Assembly: GCA_964349095.1 (NCBI GenBank)
Contig: CAYGFD010000001.1
Coordinates: 13,867 to 56,580 of the forward strand
Direction: 5' to 3'
Length of the DNA: 42,714 bases
Source of the DNA: an uncultured Gammaproteobacteria bacterium
GTDB lineage: Bacteria > Patescibacteriota > Patescibacteriia > Veblenbacterales > UBA10138
Below, piece by piece: positions 1-8,546 of this stretch. The notes under the pieces were generated by a model. It saw only the letters and a list, made by a program, of their open reading frames with translations. It was not told where the DNA came from and did no database searches. A program made the translations under genes and the position numbers. Position 1 is the stretch's first letter; each line of letters opens with the position of its first letter.

Positions 1-2
1 TT

Positions 3-740
3 ATGAAAGGTGTAATTTTAGCTGGAGGCATGGGGACACGGCTTTACCCCATAACCCGAGTAACCAATAAACACTTGTTGCCAATTTACAACAAGCCGAT
101 GATTTATTATCCGCTCGAAACTTTAATCAAGGGCGGTATTAAAGATATTTTAATTGTGTCGGGGCCTGAACACGCTGGTCATTTTTTACACCTGTTAGGA
201 TCGGGAAAAGATTTTGGAGTACGATTGTCATACGAGATGCAAGAAGAGGCCGGGGGTATTGCGCAGGCCTTGGGGCTAGCTGAGAATTTTGCTGACGGCG
301 ATTCGATCGCGGCAATTTTAGGCGACAATATTTATGAAGATAATTTAGGAAAAGACATTTCAAGTTTTTCTCAAATAAATCAAGGGGCGCATATATTTTT
401 AAAAAAAGTTACAGACCCAGAACGTTTTGGTGTGGCAGAAGTTAGCGCTGACAAAATTGTTCAGATTGTTGAAAAACCAACAAGTCCAGTTAGTGATCTC
501 GCTGTAACGGGCTGTTATTTATACGACGGCAATGTTTTTTCAGTAATTAAAAACCTAAAACCATCGGCTCGAGGTGAATTGGAAATCACAGATGTAAACA
601 ACGCCTTTGTTGCTAAAGGTAATATGAGTTATTCGTTGCTTGCTGGTGAATGGACTGACGCTGGTACTTTTAAGTCCCTATTGAAAGCTAATTTGTTGGC
701 TGCCCGTCAAGCAGGTGTAGATTTTCCAGAGGCAGTCTAA
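3..740 (+). CDS. Sugar-1-phosphate nucleotidyltransferase (glucose-1-phosphate thymidylyl/uridylyltransferase-like, short form)
   Basis: N-terminal GxGTRLxPxT signature (ILAGGMGTRLYPITRVTNKHLLP) and overall RmlA/G1P-nucleotidyltransferase-like layout. Complete 245-aa ORF. Confidence 0.85.
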   Translation: MKGVILAGGMGTRLYPITRVTNKHLLPIYNKPMIYYPLETLIKGGIKDILIVSGPEHAGHFLHLLGSGKDFGVRLSYEMQEEAGGIAQALGLAENFADGDSIAAILGDNIYEDNLGKDISSFSQINQGAHIFLKKVTDPERFGVAEVSADKIVQIVEKPTSPVSDLAVTGCYLYDGNVFSVIKNLKPSARGELEITDVNNAFVAKGNMSYSLLAGEWTDAGTFKSLLKANLLAARQAGVDFPEAV

Positions 741-2061
741 ATAAACCCTCTCTAGTTTCTAGGGTGAGGAGTTCTTTAGCGACCGTCATATAAAAATCTG
801 TTATAGGGTTGGTTTGCGAAGCGACCACCCATTTTTGTTGTTCAAAAACCGGCTCTAGCTCTAACGCTTCAATATTTGATGTGGTGGAAAACAGAATGTA
901 GTTTTCATTATACCAACGGGCACGACCAATCGCCGAACTAATGCGATAAAGCAAATCTAACTTATCTTCGCTCGGCGTGTATTGCCAAATCTCAAAATTG
1001 TTATTAAGTAATAATTTTTTTTCGTCAACCGACCAATCAATATTGGTGACGGCTGGTAATTTTATAATTGGTCTTAAGGATGTAAGTGGAGAGTCAAGAA
1101 GGTAAAGTAGATGCCGATTGGTGTCAATAATAGGTAACCAATCGTCACTCTTATCCATAAATTTAAATTCGGAGGACAGTGGTATTTCTTCTGGTAGAGG
1201 AACTGTTTGGAGGTTTCGTGGATTTAGTATTTTAATTATTTGACCGACTCCGTTTTGTTTCACTATTGCGTAAATTAATTTTTGGTGATTACGGAAATCA
1301 ATTAATGGTGCCTGCCAGAGTAGTTTGGCGATATTAGACTGAATATCAAATTCAAACAGTTCTTTATCTGAGGCGTAGTATAAAGTGTCTTGATCAGTTG
1401 TTGACCAATGTGCAACCTGAATATTACTGTCGTTTGGTATTTTTACGACAGTTTTTTGATTTGAAGTGAGGTTGTATATAAACCAGATATTCTCGGCGTT
1501 CTTAGCCAAGATTTGGCGATTTGTTGGCGACCACTCCATGTAAACTATCGCTTGTTCTAATGGAAGCTTATCAATCCGTACCGATTCAGCCGAAGTAAGG
1601 TTTAATAGCCATAGCTCGAAATCTTTTTTTAATGTCTTGGTATAAATTAATGTTTCACGATTTGGCGATATGACCGAATAGGAGTTTGTGGCATCGTCTA
1701 AAATTTTACCCGGCTGAGGTTCGGCCCATAACTTAATATTATCTAGCCTCGTTACCTGATGGTCGTAGACTGTAATCTTCTGTTCCCAAGTTTGCCACCC
1801 ATCATAGCGAACAGTCACGGTATAATTACCGGCATGTAAATTTTTTATAGACATCGGGGTTGATTCTTCTTGTTGTTTACCGTCTAGCCAAACAGTTGCA
1901 CCTTCCGGCGTAGTGATAACAGAAACAGCACCGCTGGTTTCAATTTTTCTGTTAAAGAAATCATAATGGTAACCTTGAGACCATAAGGTTAACCAAGCGC
2001 CAATTAAAAAAAATACTGCAAAAAAAGATATATAAATTACACGACGACTCTGGAGTTTCAT
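688..2061 (-). CDS. Membrane-anchored PEGA-domain protein with C-terminal repeat (beta-propeller-like) region
   Basis: N-terminal TM helix (VIYISFFAVFFLIGAWLTLW), then a PEGA-type motif (TTPEGATVWLDGK...GNYTVTV). The long remainder has TolB-like repeat character. The 3' end overlaps the convergent gene by 53 nt. Confidence 0.6.
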   Translation of the reverse strand: MKLQSRRVIYISFFAVFFLIGAWLTLWSQGYHYDFFNRKIETSGAVSVITTPEGATVWLDGKQQEESTPMSIKNLHAGNYTVTVRYDGWQTWEQKITVYDHQVTRLDNIKLWAEPQPGKILDDATNSYSVISPNRETLIYTKTLKKDFELWLLNLTSAESVRIDKLPLEQAIVYMEWSPTNRQILAKNAENIWFIYNLTSNQKTVVKIPNDSNIQVAHWSTTDQDTLYYASDKELFEFDIQSNIAKLLWQAPLIDFRNHQKLIYAIVKQNGVGQIIKILNPRNLQTVPLPEEIPLSSEFKFMDKSDDWLPIIDTNRHLLYLLDSPLTSLRPIIKLPAVTNIDWSVDEKKLLLNNNFEIWQYTPSEDKLDLLYRISSAIGRARWYNENYILFSTTSNIEALELEPVFEQQKWVVASQTNPITDFYMTVAKELLTLETREGLFRLPLENLHLLDGQPTN

Positions 2062-2092
2062 GGTTTGCTTTTATTAGTTTAAAACTATAAAA

Positions 2093-2121
2093 TTACCAAT
2101 AATTGCCTAATTCCTTATAAT
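2093..2121 (+). promoter_or_regulatory. Putative sigma-70 promoter of murA (TTACCA-17-TATAAT), -10 box only 6 nt from the ATG (leaderless candidate)
   Basis: TTACCA 2093-2098, 17-nt spacer, TATAAT 2116-2121, then tgtatc and ATG at 2128. No SD. Confidence 0.45.
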
Positions 2122-2127
2122 TGTATC

Positions 2128-3390
2128 ATGAGTTCATTAGTTATTGAAGGCGGAGTAAAACTGAGTGGCGACATACTAATTCCGGGGGCTAAAAATTCAG
2201 CCACTCCGATTTTGGCGGCGGCACTACTTGTTGCTGGCCAGTGCACCATTCATAATGTGCCAACTATTACAGATGTTGAAAAGATGCTTAATCTCTTAAA
2301 AAGTTTGGGTGTAGAAGTAAAAAGAGAGGGTACTACTGTTGTAACTAAAGCGAGTAATATTAATTTAAGTAATTTAGTAGCCAACGACGTGAAGGCGATG
2401 AGGTCTTCAATTTTGTTATTTGGTCCATTGTTAGCCCGTTGTAAAAACATACGGCTTCCTGAACCGGGGGGATGTATTATTGGTAATCGTCCATTGTCAG
2501 CTCATCTACACGGTTTAGCGCAAATGGGTGTGACTTATGAAACGGGGCATGATTATTATGATTTAAAAACTGACGGACTCAAGGGCGCCCGGATTGTTTT
2601 GCCAGAATTTTCAGTAACCGCAACCGAAAATTTAATTATGGCGGCAGTTTTGGCAAAGGGGCAAACAGTAATTGAAATAGCGGCTACCGAACCGCATGTT
2701 CAGGATTTGTGCAATTTTCTAGTTAGCGCTGGTGCGCGTATTGCAGGTATCGGTACTCATACACTCACAATAGATGGCGTAGCTGAGTTGCGGGAAGTAG
2801 AGTATACAATAATTCCTGATCCCATTGAGGCTGGAACGTGGGCGGTCTTAGGGGCGGTGGCGCGGGGAAGTTTAAACATAAGACCAGTCCGTCCCGAGCA
2901 TCTGGATCTAGTGCTTTGGCATCTTAAGGAGATTGGTGTTGATTTTGAAATAAAGGGGGATACTTTGACTGTCCATTCATCACGACAACTTAAGCCGTTT
3001 AAAAAATTACAAGCCTTACCTTATCCAGGTTTTCCCACTGATTTACAAGCGCCATTTTCAGTATTAGCGACTCAGGCTGAAGGAACATCATTGATTCATG
3101 ACCCGCTTTATGAAGGCAGAATGAACCATATCTCGGAGCTTATAAAAATGGGAGCCAATGCGTTAATTGCCGATCCGCATCGAGTAGTAATAACTGGCCC
3201 AACCACCTTATATGGTCGGGAAATAAATTCGTATGATTTAAGAGCGGGAGCAACCTTAATAATTGCCGCGCTTATTGCAGAGGGACAGAGTAAAATTAGC
3301 GGCGCTGAAATAATTGATCGCGGGTACGCTGATATTGAAAATCGTTTACGGGCAGTCGGTGCCAAGATTAGTCGAGACACTAATTTTTGA
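2128..3390 (+). CDS. murA: UDP-N-acetylglucosamine 1-carboxyvinyltransferase
   Basis: Full-length 420-aa match to the MurA pattern (GAKNSATPILAAALL, catalytic-loop region LPEPGGCIIGNRPL, C-terminal IDRGY..IE.KL..LGA). Confidence 0.95.
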   Translation: MSSLVIEGGVKLSGDILIPGAKNSATPILAAALLVAGQCTIHNVPTITDVEKMLNLLKSLGVEVKREGTTVVTKASNINLSNLVANDVKAMRSSILLFGPLLARCKNIRLPEPGGCIIGNRPLSAHLHGLAQMGVTYETGHDYYDLKTDGLKGARIVLPEFSVTATENLIMAAVLAKGQTVIEIAATEPHVQDLCNFLVSAGARIAGIGTHTLTIDGVAELREVEYTIIPDPIEAGTWAVLGAVARGSLNIRPVRPEHLDLVLWHLKEIGVDFEIKGDTLTVHSSRQLKPFKKLQALPYPGFPTDLQAPFSVLATQAEGTSLIHDPLYEGRMNHISELIKMGANALIADPHRVVITGPTTLYGREINSYDLRAGATLIIAALIAEGQSKISGAEIIDRGYADIENRLRAVGAKISRDTNF

Positions 3391-3436
3391 CCAGTGCGTG
3401 TGCGAATGTTAAAATCAATAGCAGTTAATAATATAT

Positions 3437-4696
3437 ATGGACGAATCTATATCTATTGAATCTGCTTCAAAAAATAAATCTACCAAACTAATTTCTAGTA
3501 TCGTTATATTGGTCTTAGTGGTGGGTTCTTTTGGTGTTGGGTTAATGGTTGGCTCAAGATATAGTAATCAGTCAAATTCAATATCAAATCTAGTAAACGT
3601 TGACCGTGGACAGCCAGCTGGCGTTAGTAAGGATGTTGATTTTTCGCTTTTCTGGAAAGTTTGGGATCACGTCAAAGCTAACGCCTTGCAACAACCGGTG
3701 AAAGATACTGATTTATTTTATGGTAGTATTGCTGGCATCGTTGCCTCATTACAAGACCCTTACTCAGTCTTTATGAGTCCGCAAGTTGCTAAACAGTTTA
3801 ATCAAGAACTATCTGGTAGTTTTGAAGGGATTGGTGCAGAAATTGGAATAAAAAATGATAACCTGGTAATTATTGCACCTCTTCCCGATACCCCAGCCGA
3901 GCGAGCTGGGCTCAGAGCAGGAGATAGAATTTTGGCGATTGATGGCCATGACACCACTGGTATAGCCTTGGACTATGCGGTCAGCATAATTAAAGGTGTA
4001 AAGGGCTCTAAGGTTAAATTACTTATTTTAGCCAATGGCGACAAAGAACCCAAAGAGTTAGAGATACAGAGAGATAAAATTAATGTGGCTGTTTTGCGAT
4101 CAGAATTAAAAATTAATCCCAATAATCAGGAGAAGGTTGGTTATGTACGTTTAATCCATTTTTCCGAAGATACAGAAATTAATTTCGCCAAAGCCTGGAC
4201 AGATTTAAAGAATAAAGGAGCGAAAAGTATTATTTTAGATTTACGAAATAATCCCGGCGGATTTTTGTCAGTGGCGGTGGATCTTTCGAGTCATTGGATA
4301 AAAGATGGAGTAGTGGTAAAAGAACAATTTTTGCCACCGCAATTTAAAGAATATAAGGCCAATGGTCGAGGGGAGTTACAGGGTATACCTACCATTGTGT
4401 TAGTCAACGAAGGTTCAGCTTCGGCCTCGGAGATTGTAGCCGGCGCTTTGCAGGACTTTAAATTAGCCACTTTAGTCGGCGAGAAAACGTTTGGTAAGGG
4501 ATCCGTTCAAGATTATCAAACGTTTGATGATGGCTCTTCTTTAAAATTAACGGTTGCTAAATGGTTTACACCTCTCGGTCGGCAAATTGACAAAACCGGT
4601 ATTGAGCCAGATATAAAAGTTGAATTATCTACAAAAGATTTTAACGAGGATAAAGATCCGCAACTAGAGAAAGCTTTTGAGCTTTTGGCAAAGTAG
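3437..4696 (+). CDS. Carboxyl-terminal processing protease, S41 family, with PDZ domain and N-terminal TM anchor
   Basis: PDZ-like segment (GIGAEIGIKNDNLVIIAPLPDTPAERAGLRAGDRILAIDG), S41 core (LDLRNNPGG ... GSASASEIVAGALQD ... GEKTFGKG). Confidence 0.9.
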   Translation: MDESISIESASKNKSTKLISSIVILVLVVGSFGVGLMVGSRYSNQSNSISNLVNVDRGQPAGVSKDVDFSLFWKVWDHVKANALQQPVKDTDLFYGSIAGIVASLQDPYSVFMSPQVAKQFNQELSGSFEGIGAEIGIKNDNLVIIAPLPDTPAERAGLRAGDRILAIDGHDTTGIALDYAVSIIKGVKGSKVKLLILANGDKEPKELEIQRDKINVAVLRSELKINPNNQEKVGYVRLIHFSEDTEINFAKAWTDLKNKGAKSIILDLRNNPGGFLSVAVDLSSHWIKDGVVVKEQFLPPQFKEYKANGRGELQGIPTIVLVNEGSASASEIVAGALQDFKLATLVGEKTFGKGSVQDYQTFDDGSSLKLTVAKWFTPLGRQIDKTGIEPDIKVELSTKDFNEDKDPQLEKAFELLAK

Positions 4697-4699
4697 TCT

Positions 4700-4969
4700 A
4701 TGCTGCGGTGGCGGTTTGTGCTTTCTGGCAGAGTACAAGGCGTTGGTTTGCGATACAGTTCTGCGCAAGTAGCGCGTCAACTTGGTTTGTCTGGTTGGGT
4801 AAAAAATATTGACGATAAGGTGGTCTTAGAGGTCGAGGGGTTTGAGGAAGCTCTGGAAAAGATGGAGAAATGGCTGAAAAAGGGAAAATGGTTTGCTAAA
4901 ATCACCAACCTTGATAAAATAGTATTGGCTCTAGAACATGACAATGGATTTAATATAAGGCTTAAGTGA
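4700..4969 (+). CDS. acyP: Acylphosphatase
   Basis: 89 aa with the acylphosphatase signatures GRVQGVGLRY and GWVKN. TGA stop at 4967-4969. Confidence 0.85.
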   Translation: MLRWRFVLSGRVQGVGLRYSSAQVARQLGLSGWVKNIDDKVVLEVEGFEEALEKMEKWLKKGKWFAKITNLDKIVLALEHDNGFNIRLK

Positions 4970-5421
4970 TGGAAATAATTTTTTTGCAAAATGTGGCAGG
5001 GGTGGGTAAGTCTGGTGAGGTAAAAAAAGTCAACGATGGATTTGCTTTAAATTATTTAATACCAAAACAACTTGCCGTCGCCGCCACACCGGAACGATTA
5101 AAAAAAATCGCTGATAATATCAAACACAGGGCTCATGAATCCAAGGAGCGAGAAAAGGAATTGCTGAAAATAATTAACAGGTTACAGAATCAGCAACTGA
5201 CAATAAAAAGTAAATCATCTACCGAAGGAACGCTTTATGCGGCCGTGGATGAGCAGAAAATTGCGGACGCAGTATTGAGTAGATTTGGCTTACCAGTGCC
5301 AATAAACAGTATTAAGTTGGACCAACATATTAAAAAAATAGGACAATACGATATATTATTAAAATTAACCTCTACACTTTCAACTAATTTCAAAATTAAA
5401 GTAGAAGCGGACAATGGCTAA
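4969..5421 (+). CDS. rplI: 50S ribosomal protein L9
   Basis: MEIIFLQNVAGVGKSGEVKKVNDGFALNYLIP is a typical L9 N-domain. I prefer ATG 4969 (TGATG overlap with the acyP stop) over the track's GTG at 4966. Confidence 0.9.
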   Translation: MEIIFLQNVAGVGKSGEVKKVNDGFALNYLIPKQLAVAATPERLKKIADNIKHRAHESKEREKELLKIINRLQNQQLTIKSKSSTEGTLYAAVDEQKIADAVLSRFGLPVPINSIKLDQHIKKIGQYDILLKLTSTLSTNFKIKVEADNG

Positions 5422-7048
5422 GACTAAATTCATATTTATTTCCGGAGGAGTAATGTCTTCAGTAGGCAAAGGTATTGCCGCCGCTTCGTTAGCTAAATTA
5501 TTACAAAGTAAAGGTTATAAGGTCTGCCCAGTAAAGTGCGAAAATTATTTGAATGTTGACGCGGGCACTATTCGTCCCACCGAGCACGGTGAGGTTTTTG
5601 TTTGCGATGATGGTATTGAAACAGATCAAGATATTGGTACTTATGAAAGGTTTTTAGATTTATCTTTGGCTAAAGATAATTTCATTACCATGGGTCAAAT
5701 ATACAAAACAGTTATAGATCGTGAACGATCTTTTGGGTATGAAGGTGAGGATGTTGAGGCAATCCCTCATTTATGTGATGAAATTATTAACCGTATAAAA
5801 AAGGCTGGCCAAAAAATGAAAGCCGATATCGTGGTCATTGAGTTGGGGGGGACGGCAGGCGAATACCAAAACGTTTTCTATTATGAGTCTTCACGTATTA
5901 TGAAATTACGTGATAAAGACAGTGTTTTGCACGTACATGTAGCCTATTTACCAACGCCACCAACAGTTGGAGAAATGAAATCAAAACCAGTACAGACATC
6001 AGTGCATATTTTAAATTCCATGGGTATACAGCCAGATTTCTTAATAGCACGGGCTCAAAAACCTTTGGATAAAAAGCGCAGTGAGCGATTAGCTATGTTT
6101 TGTAACATGGATAGTGGCGATATTATCTCTAATCCTGATTTGGATTCGGTCTATGATGTGGCACTGAAGTTTGATGAGCAGGATTTTGCTGATAAAATAT
6201 TAAAACGTTTTCATCAAAAACCGCGTGGCAAGGATTTGAAGGAGTGGCGCGCGTTGGCTGAGACTGTAAAATCTGTTGAGCAAGAGGTTCCGATTGCTAT
6301 GGTCGGTAAGTATTTTTCTACCGGCGATTATGTTTTATCCGATGTCTATGTTTCCGTGATCGAGTCGTTAAAACACGCCGGCTGGCATAACAACGTTAAA
6401 CCAAAGTTTTATTGGATTGATTCAGAAAAAATAGAAAGTGAGGGGGCGGCGAAATATTTAGATGGCATGGCTGGTATTGTGGTGCCGGGTGGTTTTGGTA
6501 GTAGAGGAATCGAGGGTATTATTCAGGCGGTAACTTATGCCCGAGAGAAAAATATTCCTTATCTTGGTTTGTGTTATGGTATGCAGTTGGCAACGATCGA
6601 GGTCGCGCGTAATTTATCTGGTTTAAAAGACGCTAATTCTGAAGAAATAAATTCAAAGACTAAGCATCCAGTGATCCATATTATGCCCGAGCAAGAAAAA
6701 AAGTTATTATCTAAGGACTATGGGGCGACTATGAGGCTGGGGGCTTGGGATTGTATTATTGAGAAGGGGACTAAAGCCTATCAAGCATATGGTGAGGTAA
6801 AAATATCGGAGCGCCATCGCCATCGTTATGAATTTAATAATGATTATCGTGGGCGTTTGGAAAAAGTTGGGTTAGTTATTTCTGGGACTTCTCCCGATGG
6901 GCATTTGGTAGAAATGGTGGAGCTGAAAAATCATCCATGGTTTGTGGGCGTGCAATTTCACCCAGAGTTCAAGTCTAGACCGTTAAGACCCCATCCATTA
7001 TTTAGGGACTTTATCAGTGCGGCAATAAAAGTGGTGCCAATAACTTAA
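5414..7048 (+). CDS. pyrG: CTP synthase
   Basis: FISGGVMSSVGKGI N-terminus, glutaminase domain with GLCYGMQ and HRHRYE motifs. Start overlaps the rplI stop. Confidence 0.97.
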   Translation: MAKTKFIFISGGVMSSVGKGIAAASLAKLLQSKGYKVCPVKCENYLNVDAGTIRPTEHGEVFVCDDGIETDQDIGTYERFLDLSLAKDNFITMGQIYKTVIDRERSFGYEGEDVEAIPHLCDEIINRIKKAGQKMKADIVVIELGGTAGEYQNVFYYESSRIMKLRDKDSVLHVHVAYLPTPPTVGEMKSKPVQTSVHILNSMGIQPDFLIARAQKPLDKKRSERLAMFCNMDSGDIISNPDLDSVYDVALKFDEQDFADKILKRFHQKPRGKDLKEWRALAETVKSVEQEVPIAMVGKYFSTGDYVLSDVYVSVIESLKHAGWHNNVKPKFYWIDSEKIESEGAAKYLDGMAGIVVPGGFGSRGIEGIIQAVTYAREKNIPYLGLCYGMQLATIEVARNLSGLKDANSEEINSKTKHPVIHIMPEQEKKLLSKDYGATMRLGAWDCIIEKGTKAYQAYGEVKISERHRHRYEFNNDYRGRLEKVGLVISGTSPDGHLVEMVELKNHPWFVGVQFHPEFKSRPLRPHPLFRDFISAAIKVVPIT

Positions 7049-7058
7049 TTTACATAAA

Positions 7059-7090
7059 CAAAAAACCCTTTCGTAAGCGAAGGGTTTTTT
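7059..7090. terminator. Bidirectional intrinsic terminator shared by pyrG (+) and rpmA (-)
   Basis: A-run, CCCTTTCG / CGAAGGG stem (one bulged T) with taag loop, then a T-run. Lies between two convergent genes. Confidence 0.7.
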
Positions 7091-7093
7091 AGT

Positions 7094-7372
7094 TTACTTA
7101 GCTGTAATTGAGACTACTCTAGATAACTTCAGTTTACCGGTAAATGACTTACGCCATTTATTACCAAACTTGATTACTCCAGCCTTAGTGGCAAATAGCG
7201 TGTCATCGCTGCCGCGTTTAACGCCCGGACCTGGAAAAAATTTAGTACCCCTTTGCCTAACAATTACCATACCTGCTTTGGCAACTTGCCCAGCAAATAG
7301 TTTAACGCCTAGTCTTTTAGATTGAGATTCGCGGCCTAAACTTGTGGAGCCGCCTGCCTTTGTATGTGCCAT
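7094..7372 (-). CDS. rpmA: 50S ribosomal protein L27
   Basis: [24 protein letters not shown]... canonical L27 N-terminus, 92 aa. Confidence 0.95.
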   Translation of the reverse strand: MAHTKAGGSTSLGRESQSKRLGVKLFAGQVAKAGMVIVRQRGTKFFPGPGVKRGSDDTLFATKAGVIKFGNKWRKSFTGKLKLSRVVSITAK

Positions 7373-7477
7373 AAATTAGAATAAAATAATTGTGCAGTAA
7401 CTATAGAGAAATTTATCACTCCAGTCAAGCCCTAGGGGTGGTTATTAGTTTCTTTGGGTGTTAATATATATTTGAAT

Positions 7478-8236
7478 ATGCCTTTATTTATTACAATTTT
7501 AATACTAGTTTTCGGCCTTATTGGTGCCGGTTGCAATAAGGTAGCAGATATTAACCAACCTAATAACGATATTATAAACGCTAGTATTTCTAATACTAAC
7601 GCCGATGTTCCAATTGTTAGGGAAGAACCAGTAAAAACTGAGCCGGAAAAAATAGTGGTTAATAATGAACAGACTCACAGTATAAAAATCATCAGCGTCC
7701 CTTTTACTTCTCAGGCGCCATTTGCTAATTGGGATATGCCTTACCAAGAGGCCTGTGAAGAGGCGAGTATGATAATGATTGAGGATTTTAGTAAAGGCAT
7801 TAAGAGTCAAAGAATTGAGCCGTCTGAGGCAGATAGTAGGATTTTAGATTTGGTAAAGTGGGAAGAAAATAAAACTTATCCGATAGATTTAACTGCCCAA
7901 GAAGTTGTTCGGGTGTTATTTGAAAGGTTTGGTATAAAAGCCCGTGTCGCACCCTACAGCGCTAATTTAATAAGGCAACAAATTAATGCCGGTCGTCCGA
8001 TAATTTTACCAGCGGCCGGTAGATTGCTTGGAAATCCAAATTTTCATCAACCCGGGCCACTGTACCATATGTTAGTTGTAAAAGGTTACGAGGGCGATGA
8101 ATTTATTACGAACGATCCAGGTACTCGACGGGGCGAAAATTATCGCTACCATTTCTCGGCCTTTGATAAAGCGGCACATGACTGGAACGGGGGAGATGTT
8201 GAAAATGGTGAACAAGCTATAATTATCCTAGACTGA
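7478..8236 (+). CDS. C39-like (YvpB/Peptidase_C39_2-like) cysteine peptidase domain protein with N-terminal signal/lipobox-like segment
   Basis: LIGAGC lipobox-like N-terminus. VPFTSQAP..W..PYQEACEEASMIM (Cys) and YHMLVVKGYEGDEFITNDPG (His/Asp) resemble the C39_2 fold. ATG 7478 is preferred over the TTG at 7454 in the track. Confidence 0.6.
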   Translation: MPLFITILILVFGLIGAGCNKVADINQPNNDIINASISNTNADVPIVREEPVKTEPEKIVVNNEQTHSIKIISVPFTSQAPFANWDMPYQEACEEASMIMIEDFSKGIKSQRIEPSEADSRILDLVKWEENKTYPIDLTAQEVVRVLFERFGIKARVAPYSANLIRQQINAGRPIILPAAGRLLGNPNFHQPGPLYHMLVVKGYEGDEFITNDPGTRRGENYRYHFSAFDKAAHDWNGGDVENGEQAIIILD

Positions 8237-8242
8237 CTGTAT

Positions 8243-8271
8243 TTGATAATTAATAGAATTTATGTTAAACT
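8243..8271 (+). promoter_or_regulatory. Putative promoter of the abrB-like/efflux operon (TTGATA-17-TAAACT)
   Basis: TTGATA 8243-8248, 17-nt spacer, TAAACT 8266-8271. Confidence 0.45.
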
Positions 8272-8283
8272 TAAGTAAGCTAA

Positions 8284-8301
8284 ATCATACTTATCATACT
8301 T
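8284..8301 (+). repeat. Perfect tandem 9-mer ATCATACTT x2, ending 1 nt before the start codon of the AbrB-like gene
   Basis: ATCATACTT at 8284-8292 and 8293-8301, ATG at 8303. Candidate operator. Confidence 0.6.
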
Positions 8302-8302
8302 T

Positions 8303-8545
8303 ATGGCAAAAAAAAGAGAACAACATAATATACTGAATGAGGTTTTTTTTGGAAGTACAACCATGGGCTCGCGAGGCCAGGTGGTTATTCCAGCGGCTGC
8401 GCGTCAGTCCTTGAAAATGAAAACCGGTGATAAGTTGATGGTGTTTGGAAAGTTTGGTCAAGTTGTTGGTTTGGTGAAAGCCGAGGCGATTGATAGTTTT
8501 ATAAAAAAATTAATGTCACAATTTGGAAAGGTTATAAAAAAATAA
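8303..8545 (+). CDS. AbrB/MazE/SpoVT-family DNA-binding protein
   Basis: GSRGQVVIPAAARQSLKMKTGDKLMVF matches the swapped-hairpin SpoVT-AbrB motif. 80 aa. Confidence 0.75.
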   Translation: MAKKREQHNILNEVFFGSTTMGSRGQVVIPAAARQSLKMKTGDKLMVFGKFGQVVGLVKAEAIDSFIKKLMSQFGKVIKK

Positions 8546-8546
8546 T

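Noticed and set aside
4967-4969. Possible alternative genetic code (UGA read as Gly, as in some CPR lineages)
   Set aside because: TGA functions as a stop at the expected protein end. Acylphosphatase ends at 4967-4969, directly followed by rplI, and the mini-ORF ends at 22441-22443. No conserved protein shows an in-frame TGA.
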